From an uncultured Actinomycetes bacterium (lineage in GTDB: Bacteria > Actinomycetota > Acidimicrobiia > IMCC26256 > PALSA-610), in the NCBI GenBank assembly GCA_963814995.1, contig CAWFFF010000012.1:140-64139 (forward strand): DNA of 64,000 bases, given 5' to 3'. Below the pieces are notes generated by a model, which saw nothing but the letters and a program-made list of their open reading frames with translations, made no database searches and had not been told where the DNA came from. This document shows positions 1 to 10,112 of this stretch, in pieces; position 1 is the first letter of the stretch; each line of letters opens with the position of its first letter. The translations under genes and the position numbers were made by a program.

Positions 1-429
1 GCCGACCGAGCAAGACACCTCGAACACTGGCCCGGCGATCCCGACCAATGGCTGCACGATCCGACGAGCGTCGTGGGCGGCGCGTTCGCAGAAGAGATCT
101 ATCCCGAAGATTCGGTCCGTCAGATGCTGCTCGGCAGGGTTATCCCGCCGACCGGCTGCACCTCGTGCGGCCCCGTCGAGGAGACGCTACCCGCGTACGC
201 ACCCGAGCAGCTCGCCCTGCTGCGGCTCGACACCGACTGGTATGAGTCGACTCGCCACGAACTTGTCCATATGTACCCAAGACTGGCCGTCGGCGGCGTC
301 CTGATCATCGACGACTACGGCCATTGGGATGGCGCCCGACGTGCGGTCGACGAATACTTCTCGCGAGATGCGGCTCCTGTACTCCTGAGTCGGCTCGACT
401 ACAGCGCTCGCCTCGCGATCAAGACTTAG
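1..429 (+). CDS. TylF/MycF-like class I SAM-dependent O-methyltransferase, 5'-truncated by window edge
   Basis: The frame of ORF 73..429 stays open back to base 1. LALLRLDTDWYESTRHELVHMYPRLAVGGVLIIDDYGHW matches the LRLDgDlYeST...GG.ii.DDY signature of the macrocin-O-methyltransferase family. Confidence 0.75.
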   Translation, partial: ADRARHLEHWPGDPDQWLHDPTSVVGGAFAEEIYPEDSVRQMLLGRVIPPTGCTSCGPVEETLPAYAPEQLALLRLDTDWYESTRHELVHMYPRLAVGGVLIIDDYGHWDGARRAVDEYFSRDAAPVLLSRLDYSARLAIKT

Positions 430-505
430 AGCCGCAGAGCGCGCGCGACGGCGATCTCCTGCTCCTCACGTAGGCCGGCTCGGCAGGAAATGTCATACTC
501 CCGGG

Positions 506-2566
506 ATGTCATCCGGTCAGAGCTCTGGCGACCCCGGAGCGCGCGACCTTCTGGCCGAGCTCGATGCCGAGCGTGCGGCGACGGATCATTGGCGCCGGAT
601 AGCCCGGCAGCGGTCGGCGGCGTTCGCTGAGCTACGACATCGGCCAAGCGTACGAGCCGTCCTGGGAGTAGAGCGTCGACTCGCGCCCGTCCTACGGCGG
701 AGAGCGGCGCTCTTCGATCGGGTGAGAGCGTCGTTCGAACGAACCGCGCTCGCCTTCGCCGCGCTCGGGCGGCGGCGCGGACCGCAAGTCGCCGAGCTGG
801 CGTCAACCCTCGCCCGTCTGCCGCCGCCTCCTGACGGCCTTGTGCGCATCCGGCTCGTCGTCGTCGGCGGACACCAACGGTTCCGTGCCGAGGCCATGCG
901 GGGAGTGGAGATCATGGCCGTGGAGCTCTCCGGCGACACCGTGGCCCAGGTGCGGCGCGCGATCGATACGGCCGAGAGCGACCTCGTCGCCATCGTGCTC
1001 GCGACGACCGAAGCCCTGGACGCCAGCTGGTTGCAGAGTTTGACCCAGGCGGTGACCGGTGATGTCGTGGCCGCGACACCCGTTCTCGTGCACCCCCGCC
1101 GCCCCCGAACGCGTGCAACGCCGCACGACGGCCGCGTTCGTTCTGCCGGGATGACGCTCGACCTCGACCCGCAGGGCGTTCCCGTCATACGAGCGATCGA
1201 TGCCGGGTCCCGTCCCGAGCCGCGCGGCTCGCCCAGCGACATTCCGATCGCGTCGGTGGCATGCCTCGTCGTCGATCGAGTCGCCTACGCCGCGGCTGGC
1301 GGCCTTCCCGTCATCGACGATCTCGAGATCGCCGTCGTCGAGCTCTCCGCGCGCTTACGCGTCCGAGGGGGTCGAATCGTCGTCGTGCCCAACGCCGTGT
1401 TGATCGACCATCGACCCGTGCGATCCCGCAGAGAGCTGCAGGGACCAGTCGATCCCGAGAGCCGTTCCTGGCGCTCGGCGATCGAGCGGTCCGGTCCCAC
1501 CCTGCTGCGTTCGGTACGCCCGCCCGGCGACCGTTCGCTCCGCTTCGCTTTCACGGTTGCCGCGCCCTCGGCCAAGGTGGCGGCCCAGTGGGGCGACTGG
1601 CACCTCGCCGAGGCAATGGCGGATGGGCTACGCCGGCGCGGGCATACGGTACGGCTCCAGACCGGAGATCGCGCCGACGACCCCGCGGGCCGAGTCTGCG
1701 ACGTGCATGTCGTGATCCGGGGCCTGCGACCAGTCCGCCGGAGCACCGGCCAGCGTCACGTGCTCTGGATCATCAGCCACCCCGAGTCGATCGAGGACAC
1801 AGAACTCGATGCTGCTGATCTCGTCCTGGTCGCATCTCCTCTGTTCGCCGAGCATCTCCGGCGCCGGACTTCGACTCCCGTCGAAGTACTCCTGCAGGCA
1901 ACAGACCAACACCGCTTTCACGCCCGGCCCGCCGACCGAGCGCATCAACACCCGATCACCGTCGTGGCGAAGACCCGCGACATCATGCGTCCGATTGTTG
2001 CCGATGCCCTCTCGGTCGGACTGCGGCCGAGCATCTACGGGGGCGGGTGGCGTGACCTCGTCGATCCGCAGCTCGTGGTCGCGGATCACGTCGACAACGA
2101 GGAGCTCCCGGTCGTCTACTCCTCGGCCGGCGTGGTGCTCAACGACCATTGGCGCACGATGCAGACGTGGGGGTTCGTATCGAACCGGTTGTACGACGTC
2201 CTCGCCTGCGGCACCCCGGTGGTCTCCGATCCGGTAGCCGGTCTGGTCGATCTGTTCGACGACGCCGTGCTCGAGTACCACGATCCTGCGGAGCTCCGGA
2301 TGCTCGTGGACGCAGTGCTCGAGGATCCGAAAGCGGCTCGTGAGCGAGCAGCTCGAGGCCGGGCCGCCGTGCTCGCCGGCCATACCTTCGACCACCGCGC
2401 CGCCGAACTGATCTCCACGCTCGCTCGACACACGCGACGGCGAATGACCGAGATCCGCGAATCGCGGGCGGTCAGACGAGGAGCGGCGCGTAATCCGGTG
2501 AACAGTGCGAAGGCGCAAAGAACCAGCACTCCAAGGCATAGCGCACCTCGGTCATGCCTTCGGTGA
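506..2566 (+). CDS. Two-domain glycosyltransferase (N-terminal GT-A-like region + C-terminal CgeB/GT1-type domain)
   Basis: The C-terminal ELPVVYSSAGVVLNDHWRTMQTWGFVSNRLYDVLACGTPVVSD...HTFDHRA resembles CgeB-type GT-B domains. The last ~30 codons overlap the convergent gene and may be read-through after a lost stop. Confidence 0.6.
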   Translation: MSSGQSSGDPGARDLLAELDAERAATDHWRRIARQRSAAFAELRHRPSVRAVLGVERRLAPVLRRRAALFDRVRASFERTALAFAALGRRRGPQVAELASTLARLPPPPDGLVRIRLVVVGGHQRFRAEAMRGVEIMAVELSGDTVAQVRRAIDTAESDLVAIVLATTEALDASWLQSLTQAVTGDVVAATPVLVHPRRPRTRATPHDGRVRSAGMTLDLDPQGVPVIRAIDAGSRPEPRGSPSDIPIASVACLVVDRVAYAAAGGLPVIDDLEIAVVELSARLRVRGGRIVVVPNAVLIDHRPVRSRRELQGPVDPESRSWRSAIERSGPTLLRSVRPPGDRSLRFAFTVAAPSAKVAAQWGDWHLAEAMADGLRRRGHTVRLQTGDRADDPAGRVCDVHVVIRGLRPVRRSTGQRHVLWIISHPESIEDTELDAADLVLVASPLFAEHLRRRTSTPVEVLLQATDQHRFHARPADRAHQHPITVVAKTRDIMRPIVADALSVGLRPSIYGGGWRDLVDPQLVVADHVDNEELPVVYSSAGVVLNDHWRTMQTWGFVSNRLYDVLACGTPVVSDPVAGLVDLFDDAVLEYHDPAELRMLVDAVLEDPKAARERAARGRAAVLAGHTFDHRAAELISTLARHTRRRMTEIRESRAVRRGAARNPVNSAKAQRTSTPRHSAPRSCLR

Positions 2567-3583
2567 GGTGAGTGCGGTGCAAGCACCGCTCGTCGAACAT
2601 CATCGCGTCGCCGGGCGCGAACTCGGGAACGACAGTAGGGGTCTCGGCCGCAATCTCGGCGACCAGTTCGTACGAGATCGAATGCGGACTCATAACCCCG
2701 TCGACCGGAAGGACGTCGGGTATGCGCTTGGGGACCAACTCCAGTCCCGGGGTCGGACGGTCGCCGCCGCACACGGACAGGGCCACCCAGCAATTCATCG
2801 TCCGCACGGCCGGGTCGAGGAACGACCCGTCCTGATGCCAGGCGACGAGGTTGTACAACGGAAGCGACCGGCGCAGCGTCGACTTCTGCAAAGAGAAGAA
2901 CGGTCGCTCACCGAGGTGGCCGGCGATCGCCGGGATGACGCGGGCTTGCTCGAGCTCGTCGAATTTGCGCCGTCGCGGTCGGGGAGTCGGCCAACCACGT
3001 GCCTCCCTGGTCGGCAACTCTCTGGCGCAGTTTCGCGTCGATCTTGGGCCGACTCGTCTGCAGCGGTCGATACCAGGCCAGGTCGGCGGGTTCGTTCGCC
3101 GCCGGATCGTCTGGCGAACGAACTCGCCCGCGACGTCGGTGGACCTCCTCGATGAGGCGCACGCTGCCGCGCAACCTGTGCGTCGCTGAAAACGCCGCGA
3201 ACGATCAGGCAGCCGTGGTGAGCGACCGCGCCACCCAGAATCTCGGCTGTCAGCTCGGGCGCGGGGACTTCGGGGATTTCGCCGACGATCTCCGGAAACG
3301 GATCAGTGCTGGCAGGCGGCCAGGACTCCCGACCAGTGCCGGGGTCATAGAGCACGGCGGCGCGAGCGCGGAGGTCGATCAGCTTGACCGCGAGGGCAGG
3401 ATCGGGTCGATCACGGTTGAGCTGGGCCAGAAGATCGACGGCGTCGACGAGTCGCTCTGCGGCAGTGAGCTCGGCGACGAGCGTCAACGCGTTCTCCGTG
3501 CCGATCGGACATACGTCCCCCCTCGCCTCCCGGACGGCAGAGATGGTACTTGCGTGACGTAGCGCGTCACGAGGTGTGCGCAT
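2472..3583 (-). CDS. PhyH-family Fe(II)/2-oxoglutarate dioxygenase, split over three frames as assembled
   Basis: The C-terminal frame (2472..3017) has WHQDGSF ... CWVAL ... DAMMFDERCLHRT, a PhyH-type His-x-Asp...His context. The N-terminal part (ATG at 3583, 1 nt after the upstream stop; ELTAEILGGAVAHHGCLIVRGVFS) is in another frame. Frame changes lie near ~3165 and ~2990. Confidence 0.6.
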
Positions 3584-3584
3584 T

Positions 3585-4415
3585 TCACCGACGCGGGGCT
3601 CCACGTTGCACCGATTCGAGCAATCCGAAGTGATCCACGTAATTGTCGGCAATACGGAACGTCTCCGGATCGATCACCGCGGGTCCCCGTCGAATCGTCG
3701 CCCAGAGATTGCCGACTCGGATCTCCGACACGATGTCGCCGGATGAGGCGCGTACGAGCAACAACTCGATCAGGAGCGGGCTCAGCGGGGTCGTCAGCGC
3801 ATCGGCATTACCCAACGCCCCTCCAAGGTCCGCGAAGAGATGGGCCGAGTTCCAGTCTTCGATGACGTAGACACCGCCCGGGCGCAAGTACGGAAAAAGT
3901 GTCTCGAACGAGCTCGTCGTCTCGGCCAAGAGATGCGACGCGTCGTCGATGACCAGGTCGAGAGGATCGTCGCCGAACTGTTCGCCAACGATCTGAGCGA
4001 GTCGCGCTCGATCGGCTTGATTCACTCCGTAGACCGGATGAACCATGTCAGCGAGCCCTCGCTCGTCGATCAATCGGGCCAGCGCGTCCACCGGCGTCGC
4101 GTTCAGCTCCACCGCGACGAGCCGCCGAGGACGGGCCAGGAGCGCCAAGAGTGCGGTACTCCCTCCGGACGCCACGCCAAGCTCGACGATGGCTCCTCCT
4201 TCGAAGCTCCGGCACAGGTCCATGTAAAAGTCGAGCTGTTCCTTGGATTTCAAGATGCAGAAGCGCTCGACCGTGCTTTCCCGGAACGCCGAAACGAACT
4301 CGACACCGTCGATCGAGAAGGTGTGGCCTCCGAAGAGCCCGCCGTCAATACTCACGGATCGCCGGCAGGTCTTGAAGGTCATGGCCGAACGCGTCCGCGA
4401 CGTAACGGCCGACAC
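3585..4415 (-). CDS. Class I SAM-dependent methyltransferase (CmcI/Methyltransf_24-like)
   Basis: VELGVASGGSTALLA (SAM-binding loop), LVIDDASH and PGGVYVIEDW fit the class I fold. The stop lies 1 nt before the next ATG (operon). The ATG at 4382 is an alternative start. Confidence 0.7.
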   Translation of the reverse strand: MSAVTSRTRSAMTFKTCRRSVSIDGGLFGGHTFSIDGVEFVSAFRESTVERFCILKSKEQLDFYMDLCRSFEGGAIVELGVASGGSTALLALLARPRRLVAVELNATPVDALARLIDERGLADMVHPVYGVNQADRARLAQIVGEQFGDDPLDLVIDDASHLLAETTSSFETLFPYLRPGGVYVIEDWNSAHLFADLGGALGNADALTTPLSPLLIELLLVRASSGDIVSEIRVGNLWATIRRGPAVIDPETFRIADNYVDHFGLLESVQRGAPRR

Positions 4416-5366
4416 GCGTCCCGGCGCCGATCGATTCCATGAGCCGAGTGAGCGGGACCGCGCCGGCCGTTACACCCGCGGCTGCCCCGTGCAGCGCCTC
4501 GGTCAGACGGTTGATGGGGTCCAGGTTGCAACCGCGACACACCGGTTCACCGCGTTGCGAGATACGCCGATTTTGCCCCCACGACATCGGCAAAGCTGCG
4601 CTCGAACACGCTGCCGAGCGGGGTCTGCTTCTCCCAGTCGGAGCTACACAGATAGTACTGGCCGTCGTAGCCGACGACGAGGTACAAGAACGGTGCGGCA
4701 CACATACCGCCGCCCAGCTCGCGATCGAGTCGGGCGCGAGCCGCAGCGAACTCCGGAAGAGCCTCGATCTCCGGGGGGTCGACGAAGAGCGAACCCGCCT
4801 GGTTGAGCACGTCGTAGCTGATGGCGCGATTGATTCCACGGTCCCGCCAGAACTTGCGCATCCGATCGACGTGAGCAGGGTCACCGCGGTGGTCGACGAC
4901 GACCACGACGGTCTCACAGCGTCCACGCGCCATCTCGTTGAAGCGCACGACGTTGTCGAGGGTCCTCGCGAAGGGGAGCCCGTAGATCTCCTCGTAATCG
5001 GCGCGCTCTTCTCCGGCATTGACGCACACCTGCTGCACTCCGGCATCGAGAAGCTCGCATCCGTCAGCGCGCGTCCAATAGGGAACCATTGGTGTCGACG
5101 GTAACCCTGAGCCCCGCGGCCCGACTCTGGCGCACATAGTCGGGCAGATGTTCGTTCAAGAGTGGCTCGCCCGATCCACAAAAGCTGATCGTCACGTCGG
5201 GATCGGGAAGGTCGGCCACCCTCGCGCGGAACTCGATCACGCGTCCCAGCACCTGCCCGAACACGTCCGGCGGCATGAGTCCTTCGTGCGGCGCCCGATC
5301 CCTCGGACAGAAACGGCACGCGGCATTGCACCGGCCCGCTACCTCGAGATCGACGACCGTAGCCAT
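4345..5366 (-). CDS. Radical SAM / SPASM-like enzyme, paralogue A (two frame changes as assembled)
   Basis: MATVVDLEVAGRCNAACRFCPRD carries the CxxxCxxC cluster motif, in the frame of 5064..5366. The middle is in the frame of 4547..5137. The C-terminal EPVCRGCNLDPINRLTEAL is in the frame ending at 4345. The gene is collinear along its whole length with the intact paralogue 10113..11141. The breaks lie near ~5068 (GC-dinucleotide run) and ~4560. Confidence 0.7.
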
Positions 5367-5467
5367 GTCGCCAATGCCTCCGACCGCCTTACCCTCGACC
5401 TCGACGCTTCGGGGCGACGGTAGGCAGCCCCTGTACGTCGTGTGGCCGACAGACTACATTCGGTGCC

Positions 5468-6163
5468 GTGGAATTCAAGGCGGCCGCAACGGATGCGACC
5501 ATCACGCGGGAGCAGGCCGCCTTCTTCAGAACATTTGGGTACTTGAAGCTTCCCGGCGTGTTCAGCGGAGAGATCGGTGAGATCTCGGCCGCGTTCGACC
5601 AGTTGTTCGAGGAATTCGAATCGTCGCGAGTCGATATGTCAGGAGTCGCGATCCACGGGTACGGAGAGCGAACGATGATTCCGGCATTCGTCGACCGGCA
5701 CCCCGACCTGGCTCGTCTGCGCACGGACCCCCGAATCTCGGGAATCGTCACGCCGCTGCTCGGCGACGCCGCGGAGTACAGAGACAGCGACGGCAACATC
5801 TTCTCGTGCGACACCGAGTGGCACTGCGACATCTTCGGAGCGCCGATGAAGATTCAACACCTCAAGATCTCGCTCTATCTCGATCCCGTCAGGGCCGAGT
5901 CCGGCGCGCCGAGAGTAATTCCCGGAACAAATCACTCACAGAGTGAATATGCACGCTCGCTGCGTAGCTCGTTCGGCGAGAACATTAGCCACGTCGAGGA
6001 CGTCTATGGCGTCGTCGCCCGAGACGTACCGAGCGTCGTCCTGGACTCCGATCCCGGTGACGTCCTGCTCTGGGACTATCGGACCATCCATGCCAGCTAC
6101 GGCGGCGGTCCGCGGCGCCGACTCATCACCATGAACTTCCGCGTGCCGGCGGGCGCCGAGTAG
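5468..6163 (+). CDS. PhyH-family Fe(II)/2-oxoglutarate dioxygenase
   Basis: Intact 231-aa ORF with a GTG start. FFRTFGYLKLPGVF, WHCD, PRVIPGTNH and LLWDYRTIHAS fit the phytanoyl-CoA dioxygenase family pattern. Confidence 0.75.
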   Translation: MEFKAAATDATITREQAAFFRTFGYLKLPGVFSGEIGEISAAFDQLFEEFESSRVDMSGVAIHGYGERTMIPAFVDRHPDLARLRTDPRISGIVTPLLGDAAEYRDSDGNIFSCDTEWHCDIFGAPMKIQHLKISLYLDPVRAESGAPRVIPGTNHSQSEYARSLRSSFGENISHVEDVYGVVARDVPSVVLDSDPGDVLLWDYRTIHASYGGGPRRRLITMNFRVPAGAE

Positions 6164-6212
6164 CTCGCCCGCGAACCTCTCCTCGATTGCAGACGCCGGA
6201 CCTCACGTTTGC

Positions 6213-6343
6213 GATCACGTTCCGTGGCGTGGTCATGCTTCGCTCGACCGCCAAGTCTGCGGATCGACGTTGCTCTCGCCGCTCTCGGAGAGTAGCCAAG
6301 GCCACGTGGATACGCCCCGAAACGCACGCATCGGAACGTGATC
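6213..6343. repeat. 12-bp perfect inverted repeat (GATCACGTTCCG / CGGAACGTGATC) with 107-nt spacer in the leader of the exporter operon
   Basis: Arms read directly at 6213-6224 and 6332-6343. The repeat lies in the 230-bp non-coding gap upstream of 6394..6846. Confidence 0.5.
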
Positions 6344-6393
6344 ATTGGCCGTGGAGACCGTCTAATCTGTAACCTCGACCCGAGGGAGGTTCG

Positions 6394-6846
6394 ATGCCGT
6401 ACGTAATGATGCCGGTGCCCGAAGAGCATGTCGAGGCGGTCATGCAGTTCGTCCTGCGGGCAGTTGCGCGGGCTTCCATCAAGCCCTGGGATGCCGAATC
6501 GGTGGCGCAGATATTCGAAGAAGTCGACGAGTCGACGAGGTCACTCCTCGCGTTCGTAGCGCGCGCCGCCCTCGAGAACGGTGAGCTGGCCGATGTCGAC
6601 GCGGCACGAATGTTGCAGATCACTGTTCGTGAGGTCGCAGGGATCATGAACGAGCTCGTGGCCCTCACCCGGGGCGCCGAGCGGGCCAACCTGATCAGCA
6701 GCCGGACGTTTACGGAAAAGCTCCCGAATGGCCGCTCGAAGAGCAAGCGCGTCTTCCTGATGGAGCCAGAGATCGCAGCGTTCGTAGGCGCGGCCGAACA
6801 GGCCGAGTTGCGTGGCGTGACCAACTTGCCGGATGCAAGCGGGTGA
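6394..6846 (+). CDS. Hypothetical protein (150 aa), translationally coupled to the ABC exporter ATPase
   Basis: GAGGGAGG SD 5 nt before the ATG. The stop overlaps the GTG start of the next gene (GTGA). No family recognised. A possible HTH-like segment is DVDAARMLQITVREVAGIMNEL. Confidence 0.55.
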   Translation: MPYVMMPVPEEHVEAVMQFVLRAVARASIKPWDAESVAQIFEEVDESTRSLLAFVARAALENGELADVDAARMLQITVREVAGIMNELVALTRGAERANLISSRTFTEKLPNGRSKSKRVFLMEPEIAAFVGAAEQAELRGVTNLPDASG

Positions 6847-7652
6847 CCGCGACGACAACCGGGACGGGCGTCGGCGGCTCGGACACACCGGTGCCGCCGT
6901 CGATCGAGGTCGAGCACCTCTCGGCCTCGTACCGGGTCCGGATCGACTCCGTCAATCTCGCATCTGACGTTCGACGACTGCTGCTGCGTCAGGGAGCGGC
7001 GTCAGATCGCTTGATTCCGGCACTGCGCGACGTGTCGTTCAACGTTCGCCGCGGATCTGTCCTCGCCGTCATCGGCCGCAACGGCGCAGGGAAATCGACA
7101 CTTTGCCGTGTGATCAGCGGTGTCCTCCCACCGGAGCAGGGTCGTGTCGTCGTGCGCGGCCGCCTGAACCTTCTCACCCCGGGCATCGGCTTCAGTGACG
7201 CGTTGACCGGCCGCGAGAACATCACGCTCGGCGGGCTGGCCAGCGGACTTTCGCCTGAACGTCTCGCGGAGCTGTCCGACGAAATCGGGCGGTTCGCGCA
7301 ACTCGACGAGTATCTCGACCTACCGATGCGGTCGTACTCGGGCGGGATGCGTATGCGCCTCGCGTCGTCGATCGCAGTCTTCTTGGACCCCGAGATCCTC
7401 CTCATCGACGAGGCGCTGACCGGAGGCGACGCCGCCTTCAACGAGCACATCGCCGAGAGAACCGCGCAACTTATCGGTGCCGGTCGCACGATCGTGCTCG
7501 TCACTCATGGCCTCAGCTCGGTGAGGATGATGGCCACAGAGGCGCTCTGGTTGCATCAGGGCCGGGTCGCGGAGTTCGGAGACCCCGACGAGGTCGTCAG
7601 CAAGTACATGCGGTACTGCCGCATCGAATCGCTCGGCATGGACGATGTGTGA
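6843..7652 (+). CDS. ABC transporter ATP-binding protein, Wzt/TagH-type glycan exporter (NBD only)
   Basis: Walker A GRNGAGKST, signature YSGGMRMRLA, Walker B LLIDEAL and H-loop VTHG. At 269 aa there is no C-terminal carbohydrate-binding extension. Confidence 0.85.
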   Translation: MTATTTGTGVGGSDTPVPPSIEVEHLSASYRVRIDSVNLASDVRRLLLRQGAASDRLIPALRDVSFNVRRGSVLAVIGRNGAGKSTLCRVISGVLPPEQGRVVVRGRLNLLTPGIGFSDALTGRENITLGGLASGLSPERLAELSDEIGRFAQLDEYLDLPMRSYSGGMRMRLASSIAVFLDPEILLIDEALTGGDAAFNEHIAERTAQLIGAGRTIVLVTHGLSSVRMMATEALWLHQGRVAEFGDPDEVVSKYMRYCRIESLGMDDV

Positions 7653-7676
7653 CGGCGATCGAGTGAGGTACGCCAG

Positions 7677-8525
7677 ATGACGGATTCCGTCGAATACAGC
7701 GATGTCGAGTACGTGTTCGAACCTCACTCCCGGGACATGCCGGTGCTGAGCGAGTACCTGGCGGCGCTCGGGGAGCGACGTCAGTTCATGATGGAGCTTG
7801 CCCGCGCCGACTTGCGCAGCCTTCGGTCGAGCACCGCTCTGGGCAATGTCTGGAGCGTGCTCGATCCGCTCTTCCAATCGGGCATCTACTTCTTCTTGTA
7901 CGCCGTACTGCGCAACGGCTCTTCGACCCAGCTCCAATTCCTGCCCGTCCTGCTCGGCGATTTCTTCCTCTTCGCGTTGAGCACCTCGGCGATCAACGAC
8001 GGTGGCGGATCGATCAAGCGGGCCAAAGGCCTGATGCTGAACTCGACATTCCCGAGAGCGCTGCTCCCCGTGACCGCCGTCTACAAGGCGCTGCGCAACT
8101 TCGTGCCCAGCGCGTGTGTGTTCGTCGTGCTCTTCCCGTTGCTCGGTGGAAAGGTCGGACCGGGCCTGTTCCTCCTGCCTTTGCTGTTCCTTCTCCAGGT
8201 CGCGATGAACATCGGGATCGCGCTGCTCGTGTCGACATTCGTCACGTTGATCCCCGACGCCGGCAACTTGATGACCTACGTGACACGCGTGCTGCTCTTC
8301 GCGACGCCGGTCGTGTATCCCGTAGCACTGCTGCCCGCGAAGGCGAAGCTCCTCGTAGGCTGGCAGCCTCTGTTCGCGCTGTTCTCCAGCTACCAAGCCA
8401 TCCTCGGCGGCGCCATGCCCAGCGCGGCGCTCGTCGCGCAAGCGTTGGCATGGTCTGTGGGCCTCCTTGCCATCGGTGCGCGGGTCTTCCTTCGCCACGA
8501 GCGCGAGTTTGCGATGAATCTCTGA
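7677..8525 (+). CDS. ABC-2 type transporter permease, Wzm/TagG-type
   Basis: 282-aa polytopic hydrophobic protein immediately downstream of the Wzt-like ATPase, with typical ABC-2 length and layout. Confidence 0.8.
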   Translation: MTDSVEYSDVEYVFEPHSRDMPVLSEYLAALGERRQFMMELARADLRSLRSSTALGNVWSVLDPLFQSGIYFFLYAVLRNGSSTQLQFLPVLLGDFFLFALSTSAINDGGGSIKRAKGLMLNSTFPRALLPVTAVYKALRNFVPSACVFVVLFPLLGGKVGPGLFLLPLLFLLQVAMNIGIALLVSTFVTLIPDAGNLMTYVTRVLLFATPVVYPVALLPAKAKLLVGWQPLFALFSSYQAILGGAMPSAALVAQALAWSVGLLAIGARVFLRHEREFAMNL

Positions 8526-8595
8526 CCGTACGACTCTGACTGCATGCAGTGAGACGAGCTGGCCCATCGCCGGCGCGGGCAGCTACCCTGACGTC

Positions 8596-9290
8596 GTGAT
8601 GGCGAGCACCACCGCAGATCCTGCTGAGTGCCCGGTCTGCGGCACCGTCGCTGAATCGTTCGTCGCCGCGGGCGTAAGAAGGGTGATGGCGGACCGCCGG
8701 TGCCCCACCTGCGCGTCGCTCGAACGCCACCGCGCCGTTTGGCTCTACTTTCAACAGCGCACCAACCTCTTCACCGATAAGGTGCGCATGCTTCATATCG
8801 CCCCGGAACCGGCATTGAGCCCACGGTTCGCCCGCGGTCGAACATCGACTACCTCAGCGCCGACCTCGCTTCGCCGAGAGCGATGGAGCATTTCGATATC
8901 ACAGACATTCCGTATCCGGACGAGACCTTCGACGTCATCTACGCGAGTCATGTTCTGGAGCATGTCCCTGACGACCGGCGCGCGATGCGCGAGATTCGCC
9001 GCGTCCTCCGCACGGGTGGATGGGCCGTCCTGCTCGTGCCCATGTTCGGCGCCACCACCAAAGAGGACCCGACCGTCATCGACCCGGCCGAGCGTGAGCG
9101 CCTCTTCGGTCAAGACGACCATGTGCGCCTGTACGGCCACGACGGAGAGTACGAGCGACGGCTCACTGAGGCCGGCTTCGATGTCCGAGCCGAAACCTTC
9201 GTTGCCGACCTCGGCCCGGAACGAATCCGCCGGTACCGACTCGTCAGCGGCGAGATCATCCACCTCTGCACGAAGCCGTCGGCCGCGTAG
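8596..9290 (+). CDS. SAM-dependent methyltransferase with N-terminal zinc ribbon (one frame change as assembled)
   Basis: CPVCG...CPTCASLERHR is followed by DITDIPYPDETFDVIYASHVLEHV...LRTGGWAVL (Methyltransf_11 type). Frame 8596.. switches to frame 8883..9290 near ~8838. Confidence 0.7.
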
Positions 9291-9295
9291 ATCCG

Positions 9296-10043
9296 CTACC
9301 AGTCGTTCGACGACTCGTAGCCGAGAAGTATCAGAAGCTCGCCGTAGTTCTCCTTGAAGTACGCCACATGGTCTTCGGTGAAGTGGTTGAGCCAGTCGCC
9401 CGCAATCCCCTTGCGGTAGTGGCTGGTCACGTCTTCGCGGCCGGGCGGTCTGCCCGCCATCTGCTTGAAATCACGTTTGGCGACGATGCGATCGATGCGC
9501 TCAGCCGTAAGCCCATCGTCGGTACCCAGACGAAGGAATCTGAAGATACTTGGAATCTCATCCGACGCTCCCGTCGTGATGTCCTCCATACGGAGCTCGA
9601 GCACATGCGGCTGCTCGTAGTCCCAATCAAGCATGGCTTGGAACTGAAACTTGCGGTTCTCCATCTCGAGCATGATCCCCTCATCCTCGGGCACAGACTT
9701 CAACCGCTCGCGATGCTCTTCGAGCTTGCCGAACAACGGGTGGCTATAGAGGTGCGAGAAATACGCGGAGACCACGACGTCGCGCGGATCGCGCACGACG
9801 TGAAAGCCGAGCAGATTCCCCAGCTGACGCCGCGTAGCGCTTCTCCGCGTTCATATAGCAGAGGAATGTCGAACCCGGGTCGTCGATTGCGCCAACGAGA
9901 TCTCCGTCGAAATCACGGAAGCCGTTGTATACCAACTGTTGGCGTCCGATGATCTGACAGACGTCGGCGACGATGCTCCGCATCCATTGTGTCGCACACT
10001 TGTGATGCCCGAAGTACGCAAGGAGTAGATCCTCCTCGCTCAC
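9296..10043 (-). CDS. Sulfotransferase family protein (one frame change as assembled)
   Basis: HVVRDPRDVVVSAYFSH (3'-phosphate-binding RDPxD motif) and RKGIAGDWLNHF are classical sulfotransferase motifs. The N-terminal YFGHHKCATQW is in the frame of 9744..10043. The break lies near ~9830. Confidence 0.75.
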
Positions 10044-10112
10044 GAAACCCTCCTCAAATCACACCGTCCGGCCCGTGCCACCGATGCCACAGGAAATCAG
10101 CCGCAGTTCCGG

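Noticed and set aside
2472-5366. The frame-broken PhyH and rSAM-A genes as true pseudogenes, or as programmed frameshifting
   Set aside because: The same kind of single-base breaks occur in dnaN, gyrB, dnaB, trxB and rnpA, which cannot all be inactive. No slippery heptamer or stimulatory structure was seen at the junctions. Sequencing or assembly indels are the parsimonious explanation.
5367-6393. A RiPP precursor peptide gene next to the radical-SAM enzymes (for example ORF 6187..6372, or short ORFs near 5367-5467 and 11142-11379)
   Set aside because: No short ORF has an SD, a leader/core-like organisation or Cys/Ser/Thr-rich core, and the surrounding genes are overwhelmingly glycan-related. 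A peptide-maturation role for the rSAM enzymes is therefore not supported here.
7320-8567. ORF 7320..8567 (-, 415 aa) antisense to the ABC ATPase and permease
   Set aside because: It has a highly charged, repetitive (E/R/Q/H) composition and no motifs. The sense-strand genes have Walker/ABC-2 signatures.
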